Source: Paraphysomonas bandaiensis (taxonomy: Eukaryota > Protista > Chrysophyceae). Taken from it: a stretch of DNA of 64,000 nucleotides. This document shows positions 38,001 through 50,234 of this stretch, piece by piece. The stretch's first letter is position 1, and each line of letters opens with the position of its first letter. The notes under the pieces were generated by a model that was given only the letters and a program-made list of their open reading frames with translations, ran no database searches and was not told where the DNA came from. The stretch is from the NCBI GenBank assembly GCA_965644295.1, contig CBFFRP010000565.1:1-64000 (forward strand). The letters are read 5' to 3'. Made by a program: the position numbers and the translations under genes.

Positions 38001-39024
38001 GTATGTAGTATATGTTATATGTCAGGGCTTGGTAACTATTAATGGTAGTGCCATTATAATTGCCTGGACCTATTTCATACATTGTTATATGCTGTTTGCA
38101 AATTTCATATACTTATTTACTTCTCCATCATTTGGAATGAATAATATCAATGATTCTATTTCGCACACAGCGACGATAGTCATCATTGATGAAAGAATTT
38201 CTTTATTTTATGCTGATAAGAGCCCAATGGCCCCAACCATTCCTAAAAATGTATTTTGTTAATAAGAATCATATTTCAGCTAGAAAATAATTATACAACA
38301 GTAAAGAACGATGATGTGGCAGTGTAATTTACGGAGAGTCTTCTTCCCAGTAAATTCGGAAAATTCTCTGTGTCAAATTGGTTCGTTCTGCAATGATACA
38401 AGGTGAGAATGCACGTCTTGGTGTGTGAATCATATATACAGGGTGGATTCGAAATAAACGACAGTCCGATGAATGCTATGCTAAGTTAAGCTAGTTAGCT
38501 AGCTAGATGCTCTAGATTGATTCATATGAACACTAATATAAAATGCTATCTTGAAATACATGGGCGTTGCTTATTCTAATTTACTTGTAAAGTTATACAT
38601 AAATTACCAAAAAAAAATCATGATTTTTACAATATATATATATCGAATAGAGAAATGACACAATTTTGAAAATAGCATATCTATACGAAATAATCGAATT
38701 AAAACGTCATCCACAGCGCAAACAAAACACAATGACATAACACTGACTATCCTGCGGTAATATTTATATCTTTCGATACATATATCGCGTAAATAGATAT
38801 ATATAAGTACAACTAAGCCAATATCAGATATATGTATTCCCGATACAAAAAAAAATCAAGAAAATTGAATGAAAATGATAAAAATGATAGTGCTAAATAA
38901 GCTATCTTGATCCGACTTCCCGTTGCTTATTTGAATTTTCTCCGATTTCTACATATCACCAAAAATTACGTCAAATATATGCTATACGCACAGACAGGTA
39001 TATAGATACAAGCATCACACAGAC

Positions 39025-40720
39025 CTTTATACTGCCTCCTTACAATTCCTTCTTTTGGTACTGATCCCACTACCACTACTGGACTCTATTTCATCTTCTG
39101 GTAGCCATTCCTCATAAATGAAGAACGATTAGATGGTCATAAGTCGATGTAACCGCCAAACCTGTTGAAATATCGAAAAAGTCGATTTAAGTTGAGTTTA
39201 TGATACGCATTGCAATAATTAGTGTAGTAGATGTAAAGAGAACATGTTTGCAATGACATTTAATAAAATTTTATCAATTACAGATCAAAAAATGTTGAAT
39301 GAAACGGTTACATTATACATAATATATGTGCTATACAATACAAAGGTGTTATTGACTAATTAAAGTACTTACAATCGACAATCAACCGACTTCTGTCACG
39401 TTTTCCAGTAAAAATAGATGCAGAATATACTGCACCAGTGTCTGTCAAGTCCTGATTGCATAGAAATAAATGAGGAATAACAATATGTATTATTATGTAT
39501 ATATACTACCTTCATATATTATCGCAACTGGTACTGCAGGATTGTTCGAACACCGTCATTATCGACCTCTGAACCTCATACATCCCTCTGCCGCTGTAAG
39601 TGAACTGTACAACAACCTAGCTGATATTAGGGTTCTTCACCAAAGCACCAATCTCACTCCTGCGGTACAACTTCATTAGCACTTGTACCGTCGTTGCTAC
39701 ATAGCAAATATACCTTTATCACCGTTATCATCTTATATAGGTAAAACTTCAGTGTCATATCGAAAAATAGAGGTGAAAGGTGGGAAGTTCTTTGCTGTGG
39801 GAACAGTAGCCCTCTCTGATGCAGCTCAACGAATTGATAGACTGACAGCACTGAGCCTTTATACTTCACTACTTCGGGGTCTCTCCTCCCACTCATCGGC
39901 TATGGTGCCTATGAGTGTCAATGACTTTATTGTTGAGGCGAAAGCGGACAACACAAGACTAAGATATTAACTCCAGGACCAACTCGATAGCCTGCTGTCA
40001 CTCATTGACAAGTTCTGTGGTCTCTGTTGTCACAGAGACCCAGAGCGAAGGCATGATATAGGCACTTCCTGCCGCTTCCGTTAATCCTGCAGATAACTTG
40101 TTCTCCCTCGCCTTGAGAGCTTCTTCTGCATACCAACTTCCATCCACCCCTCCACAGTTCTTCCGTACGCGGTTGCCACAACGGTTATTGAAATAGGTGT
40201 GATATTACGTCTGTATTCAACGTATATTACAAGGCAGAGTCAAAATCTATGCAACGCCGTTACCTCGACATAACACCTCCGATGACATCAAACTCACACC
40301 AAAACGCTATTAGAGGGATACCAAATAAATGAATAGACAGATATCTGATGGCAGATCTCATTCGCAGTCATATCAGCTGCGTGTGTGTGCTGCTCTGTGC
40401 TGATGTGAACAGAGACCGTCGAAGAAGTCTGAATATGCTGACTGCACAGCGCCTTTCGGCCCCTCTCCAGATCCAATAAATTACTCTGATCGCTGTTCCT
40501 CAGTCCTTGAGGATTCAGAGAGGAGTCTCGTCCCTCCTTCCTCTTGCTGTGTGCTCATCTCTGTGATTCTCATCCGATGGATATGAGTGCTCTCTCTTCC
40601 CTCTTGTTAGGCCTAATATAGGGTTATGAGATATGCATATGGTCACATGAACTTACGCTGATCTCGTGTGTTGTTATTGTGGGGGTGAGAGCATCGTATG
40701 AGGGGTGTGCATGATGTGTG
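39025..40720 (-). pseudogene. Decayed multi-exon coding relic of unknown family (possibly transposon-derived)
   Basis: Coding-like stretches with stops (FNNRCGNRVRKNCGGVDGSWYAEEALKARENKL; FIYEEWLPEDEIES) and an intron-like GTAAGT...TATTAG segment near 40613-40656. Confidence 0.3.
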
Positions 40721-40841
40721 TGTGATGCTTGTCTTAAGAGGGAGGCATCATGATCACTTCACTATCAAAATCATAAAATGATGAAAAAAAGTCAAAAAAA
40801 GTATTTTTGAAAAAAAAACTGAAATCTATCTAGGCCACTAA

Positions 40842-43050
40842 TTATAGTGGAGACAAAAGACAAAACGACAAAAGACATTTTTTTTCATCAGAATTGTTTT
40901 TGTCGGGTGCAAATGGAGCTGAAGTTATAGTGCACACAGAAAGACAAAAGACAAAACAGCGATTTTTTTTAGAATTTTGAATTCTGCTCATTCTCTGCTC
41001 GCTAGATCTCACTGAATATACTGCGAAGCAAAGCATTAAGACTGACACAAGTCACAAGTGACTGTGTAAAGTTGATAGCATGATATTTCATGTGTGAGTG
41101 CATTGTCCCGAAAGTTGTCTGTGCAGGACATCCTTGATCAAACAGCTCATGAAGCAATCTCCAGCGTCCAGTGAGGATCGCATAATTTCAAGAAGAAATG
41201 TCTACGAACGGATTGGCTACGATAACACACCATGGGGACTCCTTCTGAGGAATACAAGGATAAGAGATCCCACAACTTGTGAAGGTATGACTTTTGGTAT
41301 TGTATTATATACCATGTTACACTGCATCAGGCAAGAAATTCAGAACGCGTTTTCGAATTACGTATCAAATGTTTCAAGCACGATGCTTTTTATTGCCTTG
41401 ATTAGCATCATCATCACATTTATATAAACACGCTCAGCCTCTGCGAGTGCACCTGATTTGAATGATAGTAAGATAAGGCGCACAATCCTGATACGCACGA
41501 CGTGGTGACGGACACCTTGAAAGAGCTGGGTTGAAAGAGCTGGGTGTTACTGCCCTTAACTTCCTATACAGCATCAGATATGGCACTTAAACTCTCCTGT
41601 AATATTCTTGCTCTTGTTTCGAAGTCCAGGTTATAGATAGATCGCATGCACTGACATCATTATAATCTTCCACATCAGACGAAAGACGGATGATGACTTG
41701 GAGTGTTTGATGAACTCCTTTTGATAGTTGACTCATCATTGTGGTTTCTCTATAATTTTGTAATATAACGATATCTATACATATGACTGCCAATATCATA
41801 ATTGATACTTAAGATAGAAGTGAGTTTCTGTTAACCCAATATTGAAGTTGAATGTGTATATTTAGTTTATTACAATATGTTGCCAATATGTTATATGTAC
41901 AACACACACTACATTTCAGTTGTTTGTGTAGTTAGATCCCATTCAATATATCTGTGATTACATGCAAGATTAAATGCATCTTACAGTTAGATCATGTGAT
42001 AATTATTAGTCAATTGTAATAAACAAAGTTGTGAATTTAAAACTGACACTGACAAACGTCATTATAACTAACGTGTATAATATAGTAACAACATATGTAT
42101 AAAACAAACAGAACTTGCATGGATAACAGACAATCAATCGGACCAAGATAATTACCATTGGTTGGCGTTGCTGTTAGTGTCATTGTCCTCGCCTTCGAGA
42201 GTTGTGCCAGCTCTCTTCTTATCCTTTCAGCTTCTTTACAATTCCAGGAGAGCTCCACCGTCTTGACGAGCAACTCTCTCATCTGCACGCCTGACGGTAT
42301 TGTTTCGTCCTGCATCAACAAATATTACTATTGAATAACATTATAAGATATATATACCTTATTCAAAAGGATAACAAAATCTGGAGTGAACTCATTAATG
42401 ACTGACTTCCTTCTTTATTTCCAGTGTTGTTTATTTCTTCCAAATAGTTTCAGAGTTGATTCCAAAGAGTTCCTTATTGTATGTATGTATGTATGTATGT
42501 ATGTATGTATGTATGTATGTATGTTTAAATCAACACACACTCTTCACCTTTCACAATCTGATAATAGTTATGGTTCCTGCCGGAATATACTCGGTCAGGG
42601 ATACGGTTTCATTGATGTAGATGTCAGTGCTTTCATTGTTGACAGGAGTGCGGCGTGTCGTAAGAAGTTTCACAGACATGTTTCTCCAGGCTCTGTAATC
42701 GTCGTGGTCTTGACACCATGGGTCTCCATGCCTGCCAAAGCATTGGCAAGCTTCTGCCAGTGCTTGAGACTATAAATCATTGCGCCCGGTGCTGTTCATC
42801 AGTGTGTATAACTATTAATGAAGCTCTATCGTGTAAAAATGTCTTCCACTCTCGATTTCTGTCCTTGAAGACAAAAAGACATAAATTTGCTTGCTCATAT
42901 TTATGTCTTTCTGTCGGCCGAAGACAGAAAGACATTTTGTCTTTCGACGGATTTTTGTCTTTTGTCCTCCTATAACTTCAGCTTTTCATGCTCAGAAGAC
43001 TTTTTTCGGCAAAAATGTCTTCTGTCTTTTTGTCTTTTGTCTCACTATAA
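40842..43050. mobile_element. PIF/Harbinger-type DNA transposon relic
   Basis: Long imperfect TIRs (TTATAGTG(G)AGACAAAAGACAAAA..GACATTTT...AGCTGAAGTTATAG) at both ends; + strand transposase N-terminal remnant (TPWGLLLR..DPTTCEGKKFRTRFRITYQMF after splicing a 46-nt intron 41285-41330); convergent - strand remnant (HWQKLANALAG) compatible with the Myb/SANT partner gene; no clean TSD. Confidence 0.7.
42479..42524. repeat. (TATG)n microsatellite, about 11 units
   Basis: Directly visible run of GTAT/ATGT. Confidence 0.95.
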
Positions 43051-43236
43051 CGAATCCTAAACATGCGGATTTTCCTTCTTGGCGAGATGAACTCAAGAAA
43101 AAGTATCCCCTTTCGGTGGATTGAATAGATAATCATGAAGGACAAACCATTTTCTATCGTAGTACGTTCGGAAGAATACTTATTAAGACCCATCTCCGTG
43201 ATGATTGAACGAAGGCATGTGACTCGATGGGTATGA

Positions 43237-44230
43237 TGTAAAGCCGTTGGCTTTTATAACACCCTTTGATACGTTTAATGACATAATAATGATACTTATA
43301 ACAACGTATGTAGTATGCGTAGCTGGTTTAATAAGAAACGGATGTCTATGAGAAGAGTATTATTATGAGAAGACACATGAAGCAGACTACTAGGGTTTGC
43401 CCTCGAGCGCACGATTTCGGAGTTTGACACGGGGCCGACGGTTATGCACACGATATCTCTTGCCTGTGTTATCGGGTGGTAGAAGTCTGGGGTGTTTGCG
43501 AGTGGGGGCAGAAGGAACTGAGTCTTGATCCAGGCAGAGGCGCCTCCCGTTAAGTTATTTGGACTGATAGGATATCCTATATCCTTCAATCAGTCGGTGT
43601 TATAGCGACTAGGGTTAGGAAGCATTGTGCGGTACTTCCTGTGTGATATTCGGTATCCGCTCATCGGTATGAGCAACCCTTTATGGGGATTATAGAGCTC
43701 TAGAAACTCTTGCCCAACTCATTGGGCTCGGATATTCCTAGATTTTCTATTACCACACTCCATCGATTTTTGTCGGGGATCGTATAAACTGGTAAGAGGG
43801 GCTTTAGGCCTTAGGTGTAAGGATGGCATGTAGGTACATATATGTAATTTTCATTGCGATTGTGGCCCACACTTGGTTTTGTATTCATGCAGCTAACGGT
43901 TGGAATGTGATTGTATATACCATGAAATGAGCTTGTGGGCAAGTATAAAATCAGGGGTTTTAATTTTTGTAAAAACTGTGAATTATTTTAAAAGATATGG
44001 ACATACAGGTTGGTCGTTTATAAACTGTAAATGCATCAGCTTCAGCTAACGAGCAAGTTGCGTATACCGTATACTCTAGTATAGGATTTGTGTGACGCGA
44101 CGTGTATTGGCGTTTTATGATGGCTATTAGTAGTAGTATGTAGATACTGGTAAAAGGAAACGTGCTGTTGGTGTGTCCTATAGGACCTAAATATTAATAA
44201 AAATAATTATTAACACTATACTATTGCATT
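43237..44230 (+). mobile_element. Diverged solo or partial LTR of the gypsy family at 1-3739
   Basis: Starts TGTAAAGCCGTTGGCTTTTATAAC; shares collinear blocks CAGTCGGTGT..GTTAGGAAGCATTG, CCATCGATTTT and GGTTGGAATGTGATTG..CATGAAATG with 2533-3400; right end approximate, no TSD found. Confidence 0.8.
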
Positions 44231-44329
44231 CAAGCACTTTTAGAACCATTCTACAACAACTCTTAAAAGTCTAGTAAAATCTACTAGAATTTCCAAAATT
44301 TCTGAAAATTTCCCACGTTTGCATATTGT

Positions 44330-44780
44330 TTACTTACGGTATACAGGATGCGAGGCCATTGGAACCAACACCAGTAGCTACTAAAAACTTCAACAATCGG
44401 TCGAAACTGGGAAACGCAAGTGAATGTAAATCAATCTTGATGGCACTGCCTAGAAATGCATCGAACGAGCCAACTGGTAGAGATGTGGTGGATATGGTCA
44501 TGACTCCAATATTGCCAAATTCAGCACGAAATGATATTTGATATCACCATAAATTCAACTCACACTTCTCCAACTTTTGGTTCCAAACAGGGAATCATAA
44601 CTGAGTTAGAATAGTGCAGCCGCATATACACCCTATAAAGGATGATGTGCTCGGATTGTTGTAATTTGTTGTGTGGTATTATTGTGTACGATCTCTTTCA
44701 CACAATGACCTCCTGTTTCGATGTGTAATCCGTAAGTCACCAAGCATAATAACATTGATGCACAATTTAAATAATAATAC
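44330..44780 (-). pseudogene. Possible Harbinger (DDE_Tnp_4-like) transposase C-terminal relic
   Basis: Fragments NVIMLGD and SWRSVS*IYGDIKYHF resemble the GD..Y and R..VE..FG.IK motifs; heavily decayed. Confidence 0.3.
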
Positions 44781-45426
44781 AACTTCTTATTTACTACGTT
44801 TAGCTTCACCATGATAGCTTTGAGCTGATTGAATGCGATGAGGACTCTCTAGGTTGTCATGATACAGATGCCCTACCGCTCTCTGTATATAACGTGCATG
44901 GTGATCACATGAAATGTTGTTGCAAAGGTATTGGGTATACAAGGGAAGATTTTAGCGCTGATGCAGCAATAGAAAGGTTTTACACGGCAGTCAGAGTGCT
45001 AATCATTGGGAAGGGTTACACCACAATACGCACGAATGATACTTCCGAGAGGTGTGAGGCATACTCGCTCCCTTCTGCAGTGACGTGTCAATGGAGTTAT
45101 ACTTACATTCGGGATAAACATTCAAAAATGTACTCGGTAGAATAACCCCTGCCACAAATGGGAATGGCTGCTCTGTACACTACAGACACTGTACAGACAT
45201 ATTTATTAATTGCCATATTATTATAATTTCCGGGAACTGGGCACATATTAACTATTAATGGGCTATTAATGGTTACATGTTACCTGACCAAGGTATATGT
45301 ATGTAGCAGTTCCGCGGCACCGTATATGCAACAGAATCAATGCTCAGTACGCCCTTGCTCAAGGTACTTTTTCGATAATATCCACTTTTGACATAATTGG
45401 ACGGTTTAGCTGAACGTTGTATACAC

Positions 45427-46820
45427 CAGAGTTCGGTAACAATATCTTGTATTGCAATATATATTGTAAAATATATTGATTGGAGGACTGGTCAAATATT
45501 CCATCAATATTGTTTCTGTTAATATGTAGCTGACAATATATTGCAATATGTTGCAATCAATATTATGATAGCCATATACACCAAACTTCTTAACTGTAGG
45601 GTGCAAAATATAATTCCATGTATATAAATATCCGGAAAGAAAGAAATGTGGCAACATCGGGCGATTGAGTATCATCCCTGTGGGTTTCAGTGAACATGTC
45701 ATCTTTATCCATCATGCGTGCAACAGACAGCAGGTAGATAGACCGCGCCTAATTTCACCAACACTCAACAGTGCTTATTATATCCTTTTACATTCTTATA
45801 ATTCTGTCCTATCTAAAAACCCGTATAACTTAACCTGTTTTTCCATAGCTATTCTAGAGATGGGTTTCTAGCCATAAATAGCTAGTTTCCACTTCCAGAA
45901 ATATCCCTACAGCTACCTCTTATTATCCTACTATCTACTCCATATTGTGTCGTACAATGCCTACACACTACTAGTACAGTCAGTTCTCGATATTGTCAAT
46001 GGATTGTACCATAGGGTTACAATTTCCAATTTCTTACCATACCTCATTGACGATATCGAGAACTGCCTGTACCATAATACTGTACGGGTTGCCATAAATG
46101 TCCGTTACGTTCGTATGTACGGATAGTCCCGGTACAATCCAACCCCGTATCTGGCCTTAATACTCGTATCCTTTAACCTTGACCTAATCATCTTCTACCT
46201 CTTATCTCATGTTACTACCTATACTACTTCATCTTGGCCCTCATATCACAACAACCTAATAATCCACCATTTCCACTACACCCAAGATTGCTACAGAAAA
46301 AAGCCTACTTTTGATGTTGTTTTCTAGTTTTATGTATCGCCAGCTCTGTTGAGTTTTGCTGCTTGTGAGTAATTAAAAGATGTAGTTTCTAAGATATTTG
46401 AATATAACCGTTACTCAAAGAATGTAGTTTGTACTTCCAATACATGTGAATGCCTGTTCAGTGCAGCAAAACTAATTATATCTTTGTGGCGCAAACGTAT
46501 GCATCCTACCACACTACGTAATATTCTGTTGTTTCTAAAAGCTAAGCAACAGTTGTGGCCGGATTTAAGCATACTTCAATTAATATTGGATGAATATGGC
46601 GATGTTGACGTCACCGATGATGGCTCAGTGGATGAGTATGAGGAAATTTTAATTATTAAGAAGTAGTGGGTTTGATTACCAATTATCAAGTGAGCTTATA
46701 ATACAAGTACTAATAATTGAATTTAAAGATGTGTCTACTTACTGATTAAAGATACTAAAATATTGCAATAATGTGATCAAAATATTACACCATTCGTTGA
46801 TATTCGTTACAATTATATGC
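45427..46820 (+). mobile_element. Older, interrupted copy of the hAT derivative
   Basis: 45427-45610 matches the reverse complement of 53130-53334; 46420-46650 encodes a hAT dimerization-domain remnant (VCTSNTCECLFSAAKLIISLWRKRMHPTTLRNILLFLK); the middle is unrelated sequence. Confidence 0.75.
45977..46069. mobile_element. Tc1/mariner-pogo-like MITE (93 bp)
   Basis: 25-bp imperfect TIRs CAGTCAGTTCTCGATATTGTCAATG / CATTGACGATATCGAGAACTGCCTG, flanked by TA on both sides. Confidence 0.75.
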
Positions 46821-47118
46821 TCTCAACTACCAATCACTATTATCAGATCTTAGATAGGCACGATCTTATACAGTCAATATAGTTCAGTTCACTACGTAAT
46901 TCATATCATATATTCATGTATTAATGTAATACTGTATTCTTCAAGTAAATGTCATGTTTCTAATACCTTAGAAATACAGCTCTTAATTGCTTACAAACAG
47001 ACAAAACTCAACAGAAAAGAATAATACAGACCTAGTGAAGCATGGACTTAGTAACTTTCTCAGAATACACCAGGTTTCTCGTATGGGTGATGCAGATATT
47101 CTTGTGCAGATCTACGTT

Positions 47119-47183
47119 CAAACGAAGAAGTATGCATTGCATAGTTTATTCAAACGAAGAAGTATGCATTGTATAGTTTATTC
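47119..47183. repeat. 32-bp tandem duplication
   Basis: CAAACGAAGAAGTATGCATTG(C/T)ATAGTTTATT occurs twice in tandem. Confidence 0.9.
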
Positions 47184-47479
47184 GAAACTATCTCTACGCT
47201 AAGGAACGCCCTCGGAATGGGAAATGGGTGATATATCATGACCTTCATAGCAACAAACACAAACAAGTAAAGCAAGTAAAAACAATATTGAGGAGGACAC
47301 CGACAGTGCCCACTATATATCTAACATTTACATAATTGGAGAAGGTAATCCACATATTCCTTTGTGCAGATTGTCTAAGTTCTCATATGATCGATTCTAT
47401 ATGGAAGAACATAAAAATATATATGTAATACATCAGATATTGATGTCGCAAATTTAACTATTTTGTTCCGCTGTGTCGT

Positions 47480-49561
47480 CTATGACACGACGCAGCAGGT
47501 AGGTGATGGTGTTATAATTTTAATAGGGCCCTGAAGAATATTTAAGTGACAGATTCCGGTAATATTAACACAGACCTTTAGCTCTTCATACTGCATAAAA
47601 GTCACAACTTCCTCCAAAAATGCATTGGGACGAATGTAGTCCCACTTAGCAAAAATCTCATGATCAGCATCTGTTAACTCCAACTTCTTCGCATTTACAC
47701 CATCTCCGAACGTTCCAATTTCACTTTGTGAAGCCACATTTAGGTCCTTCCTCGGCACACAGGGAGGGGGAACGAGGTCATAACGGAATTCATCCCAATT
47801 CACGTCGTCAAAGTACGGATGCGACATCACTTCGCCGGGACCATCTGCCCCTAGTCTCGCTCTACCATCTTTGACGAGCAGTTTGCTGCAAAAGTCCTGA
47901 GTGGTGGCATCGAATATTTCAGGGTCAAAAAAAGGGTCCATTTCTTGAACAGCAAGATCTATAGCTTTCTCTTTGTTCTTTTTCCCAAGCCCACCCCAGT
48001 TTCTCGCCACTTCAGTACGGAACGGGCAGATGCCCGTGAGGAACTCGTACAGCACGCACCCAAAGGAGAACCAGTCAACTGACAGGTTGTAGCGAATGCG
48101 GTAACCAGCCTCGTCCCGACGAAGCATCTCCGGAGCCCAGTACCCTCGGGTACCGCACGCACCTGTGAGGAAATTACAGTCAATCAATAAGTGAGGAATC
48201 TAAACTACTTGCACACCTGTAAGTCCATTTCGTGGCGCTCTTACGGCTAAACCCATATCCGACAGTTTTGTTCGCCCCTTCGCATCCATCAGGATGTTGT
48301 CCGGCTTCAGATCCCGAAAGACGACATTAATGTCATGCAGCGCTTTCAGGCCCAGCAGGGTGCGGGCGATATAATACTTTGCCTCTCGCTTAGAAAACAT
48401 ACCCTTACGATACAGATGATATCCAAGATCCCCACCGACCATAAGATCAAGAATAAGAAAGAGCTCTGTCTGAGACATGAATGCGTACTTTAAACACACT
48501 ACAAATGGGCTGTCCAACATAAGCAGGATGTTGCGCTCAGTCATACAAAGTGTCTCAGACCTCTTTAGCTTCACTCGCTTCCTGTCTAGGACCTTCATGG
48601 CGTACAACTGCCCGGTTTGGCACTTTTTACAACCATTTACCACACCAAAGCCCCCCCTGCCCAGGACACGAAATAGAGTAAAATCGTGCTCTGTTACTGG
48701 CTTCTCTGATAATACAAGGAAGTTGAAGTATTTGCGATATATGGGAGAGTTTTTGAAGGACTCCCAATGCTTGTCCTTGAGGTAAGCGAATACGACATTG
48801 TCTACCTTGTCAAAAAAAGAATTGGGGAGAACTTCATCAGGTGAATTTTCCAGTCCTGCAGTGGAATTATCTTTATTTAACGTCGTCAAAATTTCTTCTA
48901 CGATAGGGCCTTTAATGCCGATAGCATTTCCAAATTGTCCATCAGAGTCGATGTATTTGGGCCAGTTCACTTGTCCATTCCAAACGGGGGTTGTCCTCGT
49001 AGTACTTGGGGGAATATCCGCACGTGACGTCCGTCCCATAGACGAGGGATAAAGGTAGTGTCGCATGGCAGCACGAGCCGCTTCGACACGTCTAAATGGA
49101 GGAGAGATCTGAATGAACCAGTATTTCAGTGAAAAACAAAAACGTTATCATATTACACAGGTATGCAACACATAATTAATAAATCAACACTTATATTCAT
49201 GTATATAGAACTGGATGCCGCCAACTAGAATAAAATTGTTAGCAACTCACCCTAAATTTAGCAATATCATATATGAAATTTCCATACACTTTGTCACCAC
49301 AATCCTTTAAGTACTTTACAAACTGTAACAAAGATCATAATAAAACTTAACGGATTAGAACTTTACCAAGTACAACCCAAGACAAGTGGAGCATATTCCC
49401 TCCAACTCCAAGAGAGACGCATTCTTCTTTCGAAGTTTATTTACATGAGCATCCACCTCCTCAAGAGCGGGGAATTTCCACTCCTTGGATGGTTTCGGAG
49501 CGGCGTCATGCATAGCATTAATGAACTGCGCATCTTCGATTGCATCTTGCAGGTCGTCCAT
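47480..49561 (-). CDS. G protein-coupled receptor kinase-like AGC kinase (alphaN helix, RGS-homology region, kinase, CaaX), ~598 aa, 5 exons
   Basis: N-terminus MDDLQDAIEDAQFINAM resembles the GRK alphaN helix; FRVLGRGGFG, YAMKVLDRKRVK, FRDLKPDNIL, LSDMGLA, CGTRGYWAPE; ends CCVVS. Exons 49561-49367, 49322-49251, 49108-48217, 48162-47576, 47530-47480. Confidence 0.9.
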
Positions 49562-50234
49562 TCGCTTAAATCGCTCTTTATATTATAATTTTAACAGGAA
49601 TGACTAGAGTTGTCGCGTCCCATCTAACCAATCACTCCACTCACACCCCAAATATAACCTAACGATATTACAATTACTGCATACGACACTCTGCGATTCT
49701 TTGTATTGGCAAGCCGTTAGCATTCTTTGATGTGCGAGAAATCACATACTTCACATGCCATACTCCCATGCCTGCGTCTCAATCCCATCTCGATCTGTTC
49801 CTCGCAAAAACACACACCCCATCCTATACATGCCTATGCCTCTTGTATTCGTATTCCATGGTATTCTAAAATCAAAAGCATAAAATCCTGCACACTCTGC
49901 CTGTACAAAACTGCTGTACATATCGTCGTACGCCATACATACAGTAGTCCATTGTTAATTTTTTAACTGTCAAAAACCCAAGTTTTTTTTTCGTATACAG
50001 CAGTATACTCTTTGTACAGTATGTCCAATGTGAGGGTTTTCGTTATAAAATTCCCACTTTTTGTGTGGACGAACAGAATACGGAATACATCTGGCGGACA
50101 TGACAGGGCACACATTCCGCCAGTAGAGATACTGGATATGTGGCTGGCACTCTACATGAAAAACAGCTGCTGACGGTTAACAGCTTTTGCTACTATAAAT
50201 GTGTTTCCACTTCTAGTCCGTACCACTCTGGAGA

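Noticed and set aside
42891-43124. 77-aa ORF ending KKKYPLSVD before the solo LTR as a possible gypsy pol tail
   Set aside because: Most of it is translated Harbinger TIR; similarity to the pol end is limited to YP and no clear PPT follows
49225-49250. Possible 26-nt micro-intron in the GRK gene
   Set aside because: The downstream frame is not sensible; the acceptor at 49109 gives an in-frame product
22542-50215. TT(C/T)CCACTT motif near several gene starts (~22546, ~50051, ~50204)
   Set aside because: Short, also present in TE-rich intergenic DNA (~45887), and enrichment cannot be assessed by eye
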